A stretch of DNA of 63,734 bases, counting the filler, from Craspedostauros australis (lineage: Eukaryota): the NCBI GenBank assembly GCA_030167865.1. It is 11 parts of 11 records of this genome, joined end to end, with 100 filler letters (N's around TTAATTAATTAA, not from the genome) between each part and the next. Parts side by side here need not be neighbours in the genome. Positions count along the whole stretch, not along the records: positions 1 to 9,038 come from JALAGF010003028.1; positions 9,139 to 35,236 come from JALAGF010003032.1; 9 more parts are not named here. One strand, given 5' to 3'. Shown here one piece after another: positions 1 through 9,880 of the stretch (position 1 is its first letter; each line of letters begins with the position of its first letter). A program made the translations under genes and the position numbers. A model generated the notes under the pieces. It ran no database searches, was not told the DNA's origin, and saw only the letters and a list, made by a program, of their open reading frames with translations.

Positions 1-352
1 TGGTGAGCGTTGGTGTGAGCGCCAACATGAGTGCCAGTGTGAGCAGCAGCGTTGTCACGACAGTTGTTAATACAGGATATCTTGGCTGTGTAGATGCATT
101 GGAGGACGTATCGGACGTGTTTTGGTTGAAGATTGGGAAGAGGGATGGTTGTTTGGATGGGTTCAGTTCCATCGTGAGCGTCATCATTCGCGCGGTGAAG
201 TTGGGTTCCTTTGTCGATCAGTGTCTCAATGGATGGGAGTGTGATGATGAGGGCTTGGGCGTTTGCCTTGATTGGTTGTTGTTGGTCGCCCTGTCCACAC
301 AAGAAGATGGTGTCTGTCCTGTCCTCGGTTTGGAAGGATATGGCCGATCTTC

Positions 353-1030
353 TCAAATGTTGATGTTGGTCCTCTTGTTGCTGCTGTGTTTGTGTTCATT
401 CTCTTGCCTCTTTCGCTTCAACTGCTGTCCCAACTGTTCTTGTGGTTGTTCATTTGCTTGTTCGTTTTGTTGTAAGCGTTGCTGCAGTTGTTGCAGTTGT
501 GGGTGAGCTGAAGGCGAAAGTCCTCTGATGAGGGACTCCATACACTCCAGGTGGCCATTGTCATATGCCCAACGAAGGGGAGTGTGACCATTATTGTTTT
601 GGCAGTTGATGTTCGCCTCACATGATTCGATGAGGTACTTCACACACTCCAGCTGGCCGTTGTAGCATGCGTGATGAAGGGGAGTCCAACCATCGTCATC
701 TTTGCAATTGATGTTTGCCCCACATGATTCGATGAGGTACTTCACACACTCCAGCTGGCCGGTGCGGCATGCCTTATGAAGGGGAGTGTAACCATCGTCA
801 TCTTTGCAGTTGATGTTCGCCTCACATGATTCGATGAGGTACTTCACACACTCCAGGTGGCCGTTGTGGCATGCCTTATGAAGGGGAGTGGAATCATCGT
901 CATCTTTGCAGTTGATGTTGGCCTCAAATCCTTCATTCTGCGTCTTGTTCTGCTTCTTCCATTCCTTCAACACCGACAAGTCACCTGTCCCGGCAGCAAA
1001 AAGGAGTTGTCTGTTCGTAACATTCGGCAT
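353..1030 (-). CDS. Ankyrin-repeat protein with Q-rich C-terminal tail
   Basis: About four repeats of TPLHxACxxGxLECVKYLIESCxANINCKDDDG. Likely start is ATG at 1030 (MPNVTNRQLL), inside ORF 353..1225. Confidence 0.85.
   Translation of the reverse strand: MPNVTNRQLLFAAGTGDLSVLKEWKKQNKTQNEGFEANINCKDDDDSTPLHKACHNGHLECVKYLIESCEANINCKDDDGYTPLHKACRTGQLECVKYLIESCGANINCKDDDGWTPLHHACYNGQLECVKYLIESCEANINCQNNNGHTPLRWAYDNGHLECMESLIRGLSPSAHPQLQQLQQRLQQNEQANEQPQEQLGQQLKRKRQENEHKHSSNKRTNINI
540..925. repeat. 102-bp tandem repeat encoding the ankyrin units
   Basis: cacatgattcgatgaggtacttcacacactccag recurs at 619, 721 and 823 (period 102). Confidence 0.9.
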
Positions 1031-1781
1031 TTTGACAGGATGGTCGATGGTTGGTGGACGATTGACGTTGGACGTTGAACGATGGACGTTGAACGATAGG
1101 TGTTGGATTGGCTGTCGAGGAAGTGCGTCGTCTGAGCTACCTATGGCAGAGATATCGATCGTAGTGTCTTCAATAGCTTGTATGAGGATGGTTACCATAC
1201 ACTTTGTGATGAATATGAGTGGCAATTCGATGTCTGTTATTGATGTGTTGGAGTATGGGGTTGAGCAGTGTGTTGTTGTCTTTCTCTCTCATTCTCTCTT
1301 TGTGCACCAGCATCTTTGCGCGTTTGCCTGTGTTTGCTTCCTCTTGATCGCACCCTTCTGGTTCGCGTGGGAGCGTGGCGATCGGGGTTGTGCGTGTGAT
1401 GTGATCATCGCAGGTATCTCCGGCTGCGCAGAGGCTGTGAACATGGGATCGTGCACCGACACAGATTGAATGCGAACGCCTCGCCGCGTGTCGCGAAGTA
1501 ATCACAAGAGTCGATTCACGAGGAAAAAACAGATCACGAATGTCACCAAACTCCAACATCGACTGACGAAAACGAAGAAGATCCGACACAACGATGGTCG
1601 GCACAAACCAACAAACATGACCACCATCACAAACATCGCAGAGAGCAAGGAACCAAGGAACTCTGCGGGTACTCCAACTGCAATTGATCGCAGAACACTG
1701 CAGTTGCCAAAATCACAGCGTCGTACCATGCCTCGCAAGCAAAGAATTCCGAGGATTCCAACAACAACGAGGACGACGACG

Positions 1782-2423
1782 ATGACAAGATCGTTGCTGA
1801 CGATCTTTCTGTTGGCGTTGCTCGAGTCGCATCGCGCATTGGCGTTCTCTCCAAATGCGTTCGCGACAAGGCAGCAACCGAGCGTCTCCTCCACGCAATA
1901 CACCAAGTTGAATCGACTGACTCAGTGTCCACAACGGTTGACATTGACACGATGGCCATTGTGTGGAAGCAGGCGAGATGACGCCAAGGGCAACGTCAGT
2001 GACAACGGAGACAAGGATACCGATGACAACGACGAGCTGTCGCTGCTGACAAGAAACCGAAACGACATCAGCAGCAACAACAGCAGCAGCAACAACAGTA
2101 ACAGCAACAGCAACAACGCCAAGAATGACAGTGACAATGATACACCCGCCTCACTGGACGAGTTCCTTGACCGGCCGCTGTTCGACCCCGATTCCATCCT
2201 CGATGAGACCGGCGAACCTCTGAAGGAGAACGCCAACCCAATCTCTGTATGGTTCGCCAGGTTGGTGCGCAACGACTACGAATTGGCAGAGACGCTGTAT
2301 GCTGGCATCTTCTTCGTCGTGCTGCTGGTGATCACGCAGGAAGTGCTGCGCATGCAGATGTACGGTGACAACTACGTGCCCTTCGTCGCGGGCGGTGCCA
2401 AGATGACGGGGAAGCTATTCTGA
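1782..2423 (+). CDS. Probable plastid-targeted membrane protein of unknown function
   Basis: Signal peptide MTRSLLTIFLLALLESHRALA followed by FSP (ASAFAP-like), an S/T/R-rich transit region, and a C-terminal TM segment LYAGIFFVVLLVI. Confidence 0.7.
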   Translation: MTRSLLTIFLLALLESHRALAFSPNAFATRQQPSVSSTQYTKLNRLTQCPQRLTLTRWPLCGSRRDDAKGNVSDNGDKDTDDNDELSLLTRNRNDISSNNSSSNNSNSNSNNAKNDSDNDTPASLDEFLDRPLFDPDSILDETGEPLKENANPISVWFARLVRNDYELAETLYAGIFFVVLLVITQEVLRMQMYGDNYVPFVAGGAKMTGKLF

Positions 2424-3168
2424 GCGTGATGGATGCGCAAGGTATGGCAGCGTTGCGAGTGCTCGCATGTGCGGAGCGACGACACAGCACATCGTGGGTG
2501 TTGGATGAATGTGATCATCTGGTTAAATTTCCACGAATGCAGAACAATCATGGATCCGTCATCGTGCACAGAGTGGTCTTCTGCAATCTTCTCCAATCGA
2601 TTCTACATCCCACAGGAGCACTTACACGCAGATGTACCATGCGATGTGATCATGTGCTGACAAAGACTAGAGCAGCAGAGGGTAGCATTCTGCGAGTAGT
2701 CGCAAGTTGCCATCATTCGCCAACGGAATTGTCGCCCCTTGCTTCAACTTGTAGTCTTGTTGACGAAATAGGTGATTCGACTTAGTCAGTAGTACAATCT
2801 GGCACAGAAACGAGATGGATGAATGATGACGTCACGGTGCAATAAATGACTCAGACAACTGCAACAACGACGTCCACCGATGGCAGACAAGATCCAACAA
2901 CAACGACGCCAATCGTGGCCGACACTCAGCATGATGGCACACACGCACGTCATTTGGCCGTAGAGTACCTACCTATGGTATCTGGTGGCACGAGCTGCCA
3001 TTCTCCGCAAAGATCCATTCTCTGGTCAAACTCTCCCTCGTCGATTGAGAGCTGGTTGATCATTGTAGTAGAGGATTGGCATTGTTATCATCGGCACGAT
3101 CTCAGTCACAACTCATCAATACTCAGTCCATACCAACACGAGCTACTCCATCAAGAACACTGACAAGC

Positions 3169-5310
3169 ATGAGTGCCGCTCTCACTCTCACTCCGAAGAT
3201 GAAGATGAAGAGCATGGCTGTGCTGGTTGCCGCATTGGCCATCGCGATTGGCTGCGTGGAGACCGTGAATGGCTTCACCACCATGAGCCCAGCGTCTTCA
3301 TTCTGCGGTCGCAAGCCATCGGCATCATTCATGGAGTCGCAGAACTTGATCAAGTGCCAGGGATTGCCATCCGAGCTTCTCTCAGACGCAGCCGCCGAAG
3401 CTGCGCAGGTTGCCACCACCAATGCCGCATCCAGCGAGCTGACGACGTTCTTCCTGAAGACGCTCATCTCCAGCGGAGTCCCAGCGGTGTGCACCATCAT
3501 CGTGATCATCATCGGAGCCATCGCGTTCCGCAAGAGCAGCAGCAGCAAGCGCAGTCCCTCCAATCCCTTCAACGATGCCTCCAACAACCCCGCCGCCATG
3601 CTCTACGACGATCTCTACGGCGACCAGGAGCAGCAGGACGTCCCGCCCTTCCTCAAGTTCCTCAAGGGAGGCTCCTCCGATGGCGGTCCACCGGGATCCT
3701 CCGTCAAGAACAAGAACGTCGGCGTCCCCAAGCAGACCTTCCTCAGCCTCACCAACCTCAACAAGAAGTACGACTCCATGCAGTACAGCATCACGGCGGC
3801 CACGCAATCCAAGGCCACCGCCGCGGCGCAGTTCCGTCAGAACGCGTTCGGCAAGGCCCTGCAGAAGGCCCTCACGCTCGATGCCGACAATATCAACGGC
3901 AGCGGCGACGATGGTGGCATCGCCACGTTGCAGCCGTACCAGCAGACGCAGCTGCTTGAGTGGGAGGCCACCCTGCTCAAGGATGGAGCCAAGCTCGTGC
4001 AGCAACTGACGGATCAGCAGACGCAGCTGGCCGAGATCACCATCGATCTGGAGATGCAGGTTATGGGCATCGACTCGGTCTACCAGCTCGATCCCGAAAA
4101 TGTCACGGATTCCAACGCGACGGCTGTCAACTCGACGTCCACTACTGCATCCACAACCAGCACAACCACAGCATCCAAATCAAGCAAGTCCCATGACAAG
4201 AAGACCGCCAGCGAACTCAAGAAGGAGGTCACCAGATTGCAGAAGGATATTCAGAAGTTCGAGATGGACGCCCTCAAGCGTCTCTTGCAGATTGTGGGAC
4301 CGGCTTCGGCTGCTGCGGTGCGTGCTGCGTGGTTGGGCAACATCGCGGTGCGTGGCACGGGCAGCATCCTGCAGGATCTGCAGCAGAGACCGCTCGAGGC
4401 CCTCCTGTCTCCAGAAGGAAAACGTCGCGTCCTCTACGTCGCGCGTTTCCCGGGTGACACGAGCGCCTCGCAGGTCGAGACCCTGCGCGAGGAGGTCACG
4501 GCCATCGTGCGCAACGCCAACCCCGACGACGAGGTCCTCATCGTCCTGCAGACGGGCGGCGGCACCGTCACGGGATACGGTCTGGCAGGCGCGCAGTTGC
4601 AGCGCATCAAGAAGGCCGGTCTCAAGCTCACCATCGCGGTGGAGCAGGTTGCCGCCTCGGGAGGATACCTCATGTGCTGCGTCGCGGATCGCATCGTCGC
4701 GTCGCCCTTCGCCGTCCTCGGCAGCATCGGCGTCATCACGGACATTCCAAATGTCTACGAGCGTCTGCGTACGGAAGGCATCGAATTCCAGACCGTCACG
4801 GCCGGTGAGTACAAGCGCACCCTCACGCCCACCAAGAAGGTCACGAAGCAGGACTTTGAGAAGACCAAGGCCGACGTCGAGGACATCCTCAAGCTCTTCA
4901 GCTCGTGGGTCGCCACGAACCGCCCGCAGCTCGATATCAAGAAGGTCGCGACGGGCGAGACGTGGTTCGGCGAGGATGCGTTGGCCATGAATCTGTGCGA
5001 CGAGATCCTGCCGGTGGATGATATCCTCGTCGATTATGTGGATCGCGGATTCGACGTCTTCGAGATCGAGTACAGCCCGCCGGAGGACTCGCCGTTGGGT
5101 TCCCTGTTGCCATCGCCGCTTGGCAGCGCTTCGTCAATATCGCAGGAGACTGGCATTGTGGGCTCCGGCGTGCGGTGGTTGGTGCGCACGGTGGCCAACG
5201 AGGTGCGGGCGGAGCTTGGTGTGTCCGACGCCATGAAGTACGACCGTCCCTTGACCGAGAAGTACATGGCGCGCAACGATGATGCGGATCGCATCAAGAC
5301 GCAGGCATGA
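3169..5310 (+). CDS. sohB: Peptidase S49 family protein (SohB-like), probably plastid-targeted
   Basis: C-terminal motifs FPGDTSASQVETLREEVTAI, LQTGGGTVTGYGLAGAQLQR, VAASGGYLMCCVADRIVASPFAVLGSIGV and TAGEYKRTLT. N-terminal signal ends VNG-F, followed by a TM segment. Confidence 0.85.
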   Translation: MSAALTLTPKMKMKSMAVLVAALAIAIGCVETVNGFTTMSPASSFCGRKPSASFMESQNLIKCQGLPSELLSDAAAEAAQVATTNAASSELTTFFLKTLISSGVPAVCTIIVIIIGAIAFRKSSSSKRSPSNPFNDASNNPAAMLYDDLYGDQEQQDVPPFLKFLKGGSSDGGPPGSSVKNKNVGVPKQTFLSLTNLNKKYDSMQYSITAATQSKATAAAQFRQNAFGKALQKALTLDADNINGSGDDGGIATLQPYQQTQLLEWEATLLKDGAKLVQQLTDQQTQLAEITIDLEMQVMGIDSVYQLDPENVTDSNATAVNSTSTTASTTSTTTASKSSKSHDKKTASELKKEVTRLQKDIQKFEMDALKRLLQIVGPASAAAVRAAWLGNIAVRGTGSILQDLQQRPLEALLSPEGKRRVLYVARFPGDTSASQVETLREEVTAIVRNANPDDEVLIVLQTGGGTVTGYGLAGAQLQRIKKAGLKLTIAVEQVAASGGYLMCCVADRIVASPFAVLGSIGVITDIPNVYERLRTEGIEFQTVTAGEYKRTLTPTKKVTKQDFEKTKADVEDILKLFSSWVATNRPQLDIKKVATGETWFGEDALAMNLCDEILPVDDILVDYVDRGFDVFEIEYSPPEDSPLGSLLPSPLGSASSISQETGIVGSGVRWLVRTVANEVRAELGVSDAMKYDRPLTEKYMARNDDADRIKTQA

Positions 5311-5695
5311 GCAGTGTTGTGACGTGGGAAGTGATGGTCGAGTACGAGGAGGATGACAGTGCGCATCATCGGTTTGAATGATGCATCGGGCAATCATCCA
5401 CTCTACATGCTATTACATGTAATTAGAGCAGTGCGGTTCTAACTTGCTTCTGTTATTTTTAAAGTGCATGGGGTACAATTAGGTGTCGCTGTTGCAACAT
5501 GACAAGAGGAGAAATCGTACTGGATGATCCTGCACACATGCTCTCCCTCTCTGTTTGTGGAGTTATTTTGATAGGCCGTAATGCTCTCTTGTCCACCTCC
5601 TGAATAGTACGCTGTTGCGATCATTCAATCATTCTCACGACATTTTGTGACGTACATACGAGTATGCTTGCTACAATAGTGCTCTACTATCTGCA

Positions 5696-7635
5696 CTATT
5701 TGGAAAGCTTGGAATCGATGATGCGGAACTTCTCGAAGAAAGTCTTGAAGAGCGTGACGCCATATGTCACTGAACGAGTATGGCAAGTGTGCACGGACGT
5801 GATGGAAAATGCAGAAAGCAATGAATGGTTGATGCATGGAAGGATCGAGATAAAAAACGGTAGGACAAGTGTGGGAAGCAAAGCATGATGTGAGCATGGT
5901 GCGAGTACTCATCGATGCCATTTCCACACGATGATGGTGATAATGACAACCAGCATGTCGATGGCTAGCACAGAGCATTGACAGCATGAATGATAATGCA
6001 ACACGTACAATCTTGAACCCCCATGACTTCACGACAGGAGTGCATGCTGAGCTGCGGCATGCCCGCATCGACCGTGCGGATGCCGGTCTTGGCGGAGATC
6101 ATGGGGCCGATGGTGGAGCCGCAGGGACAGTCGTTCTTGACCACGAATTCCTGCATGGGGACGTTGGCTTCGCGTCCCAGCTCGCGCAGCAGGAATCCCG
6201 TCATGCCATTGGTGGTGTATCGTTGATTGGAATTGGTTTTGACGACGACGCCATCGTTCATCTTGGGCGCGTGCTGCGGCTCGTGCTTGGAGGCGTAGTT
6301 GGGGTGGATGGCGTGGGCCTGGTCGATCGAAAGGCAGAACGAGCGGTGGATGTTGGTGCGGTAGAGATCGGGATTGATGGATCCACCGCAGATGGCGGCG
6401 GAGATGCGCTCGACGGCCTCCTGGATGACGGGCGAACCGGCACCGTGCGATGAGGTGGAGCCCACCTCCTCATGATCGAAGAGGACGACGACATTGATAT
6501 CCTCCGTGTTGGGATTACTCTCGCACAATCCCGTAATGGCGCAGAAGCAGGTTGCCAGGTTGTCGAGACGGGCCGAGTAAAGGAGATCCTTGCCGATGCC
6601 ACCCACGGCAGCGGCTTGGGTGTCGAAAAAGCTGAGCTCCCAGTCGAGAATGGCCTCCACGTCAATACCGAGCTCCTCGGCGATTGCCTTGAGCAGCAGC
6701 GGCTCCTGTCCGGCCTGCCAGGTGTTGATCTGTTCTTCCACTTGTTTCTCCAGGATCTCCTTGTTGCTGTCGTTGCTTGGCGTCTCAATGGCGGTGTCCG
6801 ACTTGAGACCTGCGGTGGTCGCGATCATCGGTGAGGTATGAGTCTCCTTGTTGACAGCAAACGCCTTGCGTTCATCCGCTGACTGGAGGTGGATGCAGAG
6901 CGTGGAAATACGCGCCACGGCCGTTTGCAGCTTGACCAACCGAGTCCCAAATCCGTCATCATCGCCACCGGTAGCACCACCGGGAGCACTCGCCTTGACC
7001 ATGACCCTACCGCTGATGCCCAGATCACGATCGAACCATGTGTGCCAGAGACCGCCACCGTAGCACTCGACGCCGAGCATCGTGGCACCGTTCTTGGAAT
7101 TGGTGCTCTTGGACTTTGGCTTGAGCTTGAGGTTGGGCGAGTCGGTGTGACCACCGAGGATGTGGAAGCCGAAGGGCTTATCCGCGCTGACATCGCTGCC
7201 AACGACGAAGGCGACGATGGAGCTGCCATGGATCGTGTAGTAGTACCTGCCCCCGGGCTTCAATCCGGCAGTGACGAAGGGCTCCTTGACATCGATCTCC
7301 TCGAAACCATGCTGCTGGAGCTTGTCGATCGATGTTGCGACGGCATGAAACGGGTCCGTCGATGCGGTGAGGAAGCCGCATGCGCGCTGCGCCAACTCCA
7401 ACTGAGGACTGAGGCTGCTCATCGTTGCTCGTTGCTGTGCGAATGCTGGGCTTGGTCCGAGTCTGATACTGCTGTTGGTGCTGCTGCTGTTGGTGCTGCT
7501 GAGTCGCAGAGGATGGTGAATGGCACTGGATGCCCTTCTCGCTGAACGGATGCTTGTACTGATGCTTGTGCTGATGCCGGTGGCTCTGCTTGTGATTAGA
7601 GTTCGTGTCAATGCCGTTCGCAGGTGCGGATACAT
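5696..7635 (-). CDS. DNPEP: Aspartyl aminopeptidase (peptidase M18), 2 exons (7635-6009, 5769-5696)
   Basis: Motifs GGHTDSPNL, YGGGLWHTWFDRDLG, RLDNL, FDHEEVGS, HAIHPNY, CPCGSTIGP, QLSMHSCRE. GT..AG intron 6008-5770 restores the C-terminus VQDLTYGVTLFKTFF. N-terminal R/S/T-rich extension resembles a mitochondrial presequence. Confidence 0.92.
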
Positions 7636-9006
7636 GGAAGATGAGTGCGCGCAGAGTAGAGTAGGTATGATATTATGTTGCACGTGGAGTATCGTTGAGT
7701 GCCAGAGCATTAGAATGATACGAGGTGAATGTCGTTGGAGGACTGGCAAGTACTATGATACAACCAATAGCACGAGGATGAGCACTGCGACGTGTATTGG
7801 CACAACTGCAAGAGGACGAGAGTGGATACGACCTATTGTACGATGCAAGATGCGTCCTTTGATGCCGACGGAGACAAACCAATGATTGGAGATGGCTGTA
7901 GCTTTTGTCGATGTCGATGTTGATGTTGATGTTGATGGCGTCCTTGTCGCCGCAGCCGCGATCCTTCCGCTGTGATGGGCTTCGCATGTGGCGTGTCCGA
8001 ACTGCCCACCAAACAGCAAAACACAATCGTGGAAACAGAAAATGGTGACTGGCTTCATGTTCGCGATCAGGTGGAAGTCGTGTATGACCACTCCGATTTC
8101 GGCTCGTTGCTCTATCTGAGAGTGTCCCAATACATGATCAGGTGTCACGAACGATTCAAATATCAGTGCTCTCAATACTACATTTTATCTATATTTACCG
8201 CAATGGTGCAATACTGCATACTGTCTTCGCCGGTTTAAGATTAGGGAGGCCGTTCTGCTCTTCGTGTTCGTTATCGATGGACAAGGGAGAAGAGGTCTAT
8301 CAAACCGCGTGGGTCGATGCCCAACAAAAAGTGGTTGAAGCTCGGAATTGGAACCGCACTCCGCTTGGTCGTGATTGACCTTTGTGAACGTTAAGTAATT
8401 GGAACATGCAAGAAAACGTGAAACTTCACAGGTACTTGGGGTGTGCGTGCAGTCGAAGACTTGGGACTAGAGAGAGCGGGTGACTCTCAAGGCGGGTCAA
8501 CAGATTAAGAGCCCGATCAGTGAGTCGACCTGCACTTTGCAATCATCAGTCTAACTTTTTTCCTGGGATTTACAAACTAAGTACATATTCATAATCCTCG
8601 TAGTCTCTTTATGTGTAGTAAATCCTTGCAGATTGTAGTTAGGTTCATTTTAAGTTTTATGGACCGATGCATGTGTTCATTCTAGTCGCGTGGATGCAAC
8701 ATCACAAAATTCGTTAGCTTCTGCCGAAGGTTCGATGATGTTCTCACGTATTTATCGTCAGGTGGTCAGTCACGGACTTGCTTCCGAAGGTGCCGGTCGT
8801 TTGGTACGCGTTAATTACACGTTAGCATGTGGCGCATGATTCCACATTCTGCTCGTCACAAAACAGATGACACAAAACACATCACACAAAACACATCATC
8901 TCCAACATTTCGCAAAATCGCGCCACACTATGGCTCCATTCACAACTTTCCTCGCCAATGCCCTGCACACTCGCCCTTTCGCTCCATGCCCGTTCTCGTC
9001 ACACTT

Positions 9007-9038
<32 letters not shown>
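9007..9038. repeat. (GTA)n microsatellite at contig end
   Basis: About 10 perfect GTA units running into the gap. Confidence 0.95.
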
Positions 9039-9138
9039 NNNNNNNNNNNNNNNNNNNNNNNNNNNNNNNNNNNNNNNNNNNNTTAATTAATTAANNNNNN
9101 NNNNNNNNNNNNNNNNNNNNNNNNNNNNNNNNNNNNNN
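9039..9138. other. Artificial contig-joining spacer (N44-TTAATTAATTAA-N44), first of ten
   Basis: The same six-frame-stop linker starts at 9083, 35281, 36861, 46352, 51927, 53551, 55846, 57330, 61174 and 62305, always inside N runs. Confidence 0.98.
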
Positions 9139-9880
9139 CCCTGGTGGGCTTTTGATGAGTTCAATATAACAGTAGTACAAGCCAACAAACCAGAAGACAA
9201 AGACTTGTTCTGCCAACCAAGAAGACGGTGCTTTTTCCGGACCACCGCAGCAAAGTGTGACGAGAATGAGCAACACCAAAACAATGCCGCAGCGAGGAAA
9301 TCCCATCTCCACACCCGCAACAATGCGGGACTCAGAAATGATCGTTTGCTCTCGTGAACCAACTCGGCATTCTTGTAGTAGTCGTATGAGTCGAACATCT
9401 CGAATCGAGTGCGCTCCATCACGTGTGGCGAACTGGCAACTGGTAGTTTCTTGTCATTTGTGAACAGACTCCGACACGAAAAACGTGATTTTCTCTTTTT
9501 CCGACAACTCCCTGCCTCCCTTGTTTGCTTCGTGGTTCTCTGTCTTGTTCTGTTCCTTTCCTTCTCTTCCTTTTGTTCGTGGATCTTGTTGTCGAAATCC
9601 ATCGGCGAAAATACTCGTGAGTCGAAACACACGATTAAATTACAAGACTCGTTCAAATCGTGATCGCGACACACGTGATGGAGTGGAAATTCAGAAGCGT
9701 GACGCGGTGCCAACACAACACAGCGCATCAACCAACGACAGAACACATCGACATCATCACATGCGACCGATACAACTTCTTCGATCACATCTTCCAACAC
9801 AGAAGAGGTATACTACGACTATTACACCAGACGACACGGGCAAGGACGCACTCAAGAGACTCAAGGGAGCATTCTACACG

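Noticed and set aside
9083..9094. Recurrent TTAATTAATTAA as a biological repeat or piggyBac TTAA target
   Set aside because: It always sits in the middle of 100-nt N spacers and is a six-frame-stop assembly linker.
9139..9800. Minus-strand 237-aa ORF next to APC5
   Set aside because: Truncated by the gap with no recognisable motif. It may hold the start of a divergent gene but cannot be supported.
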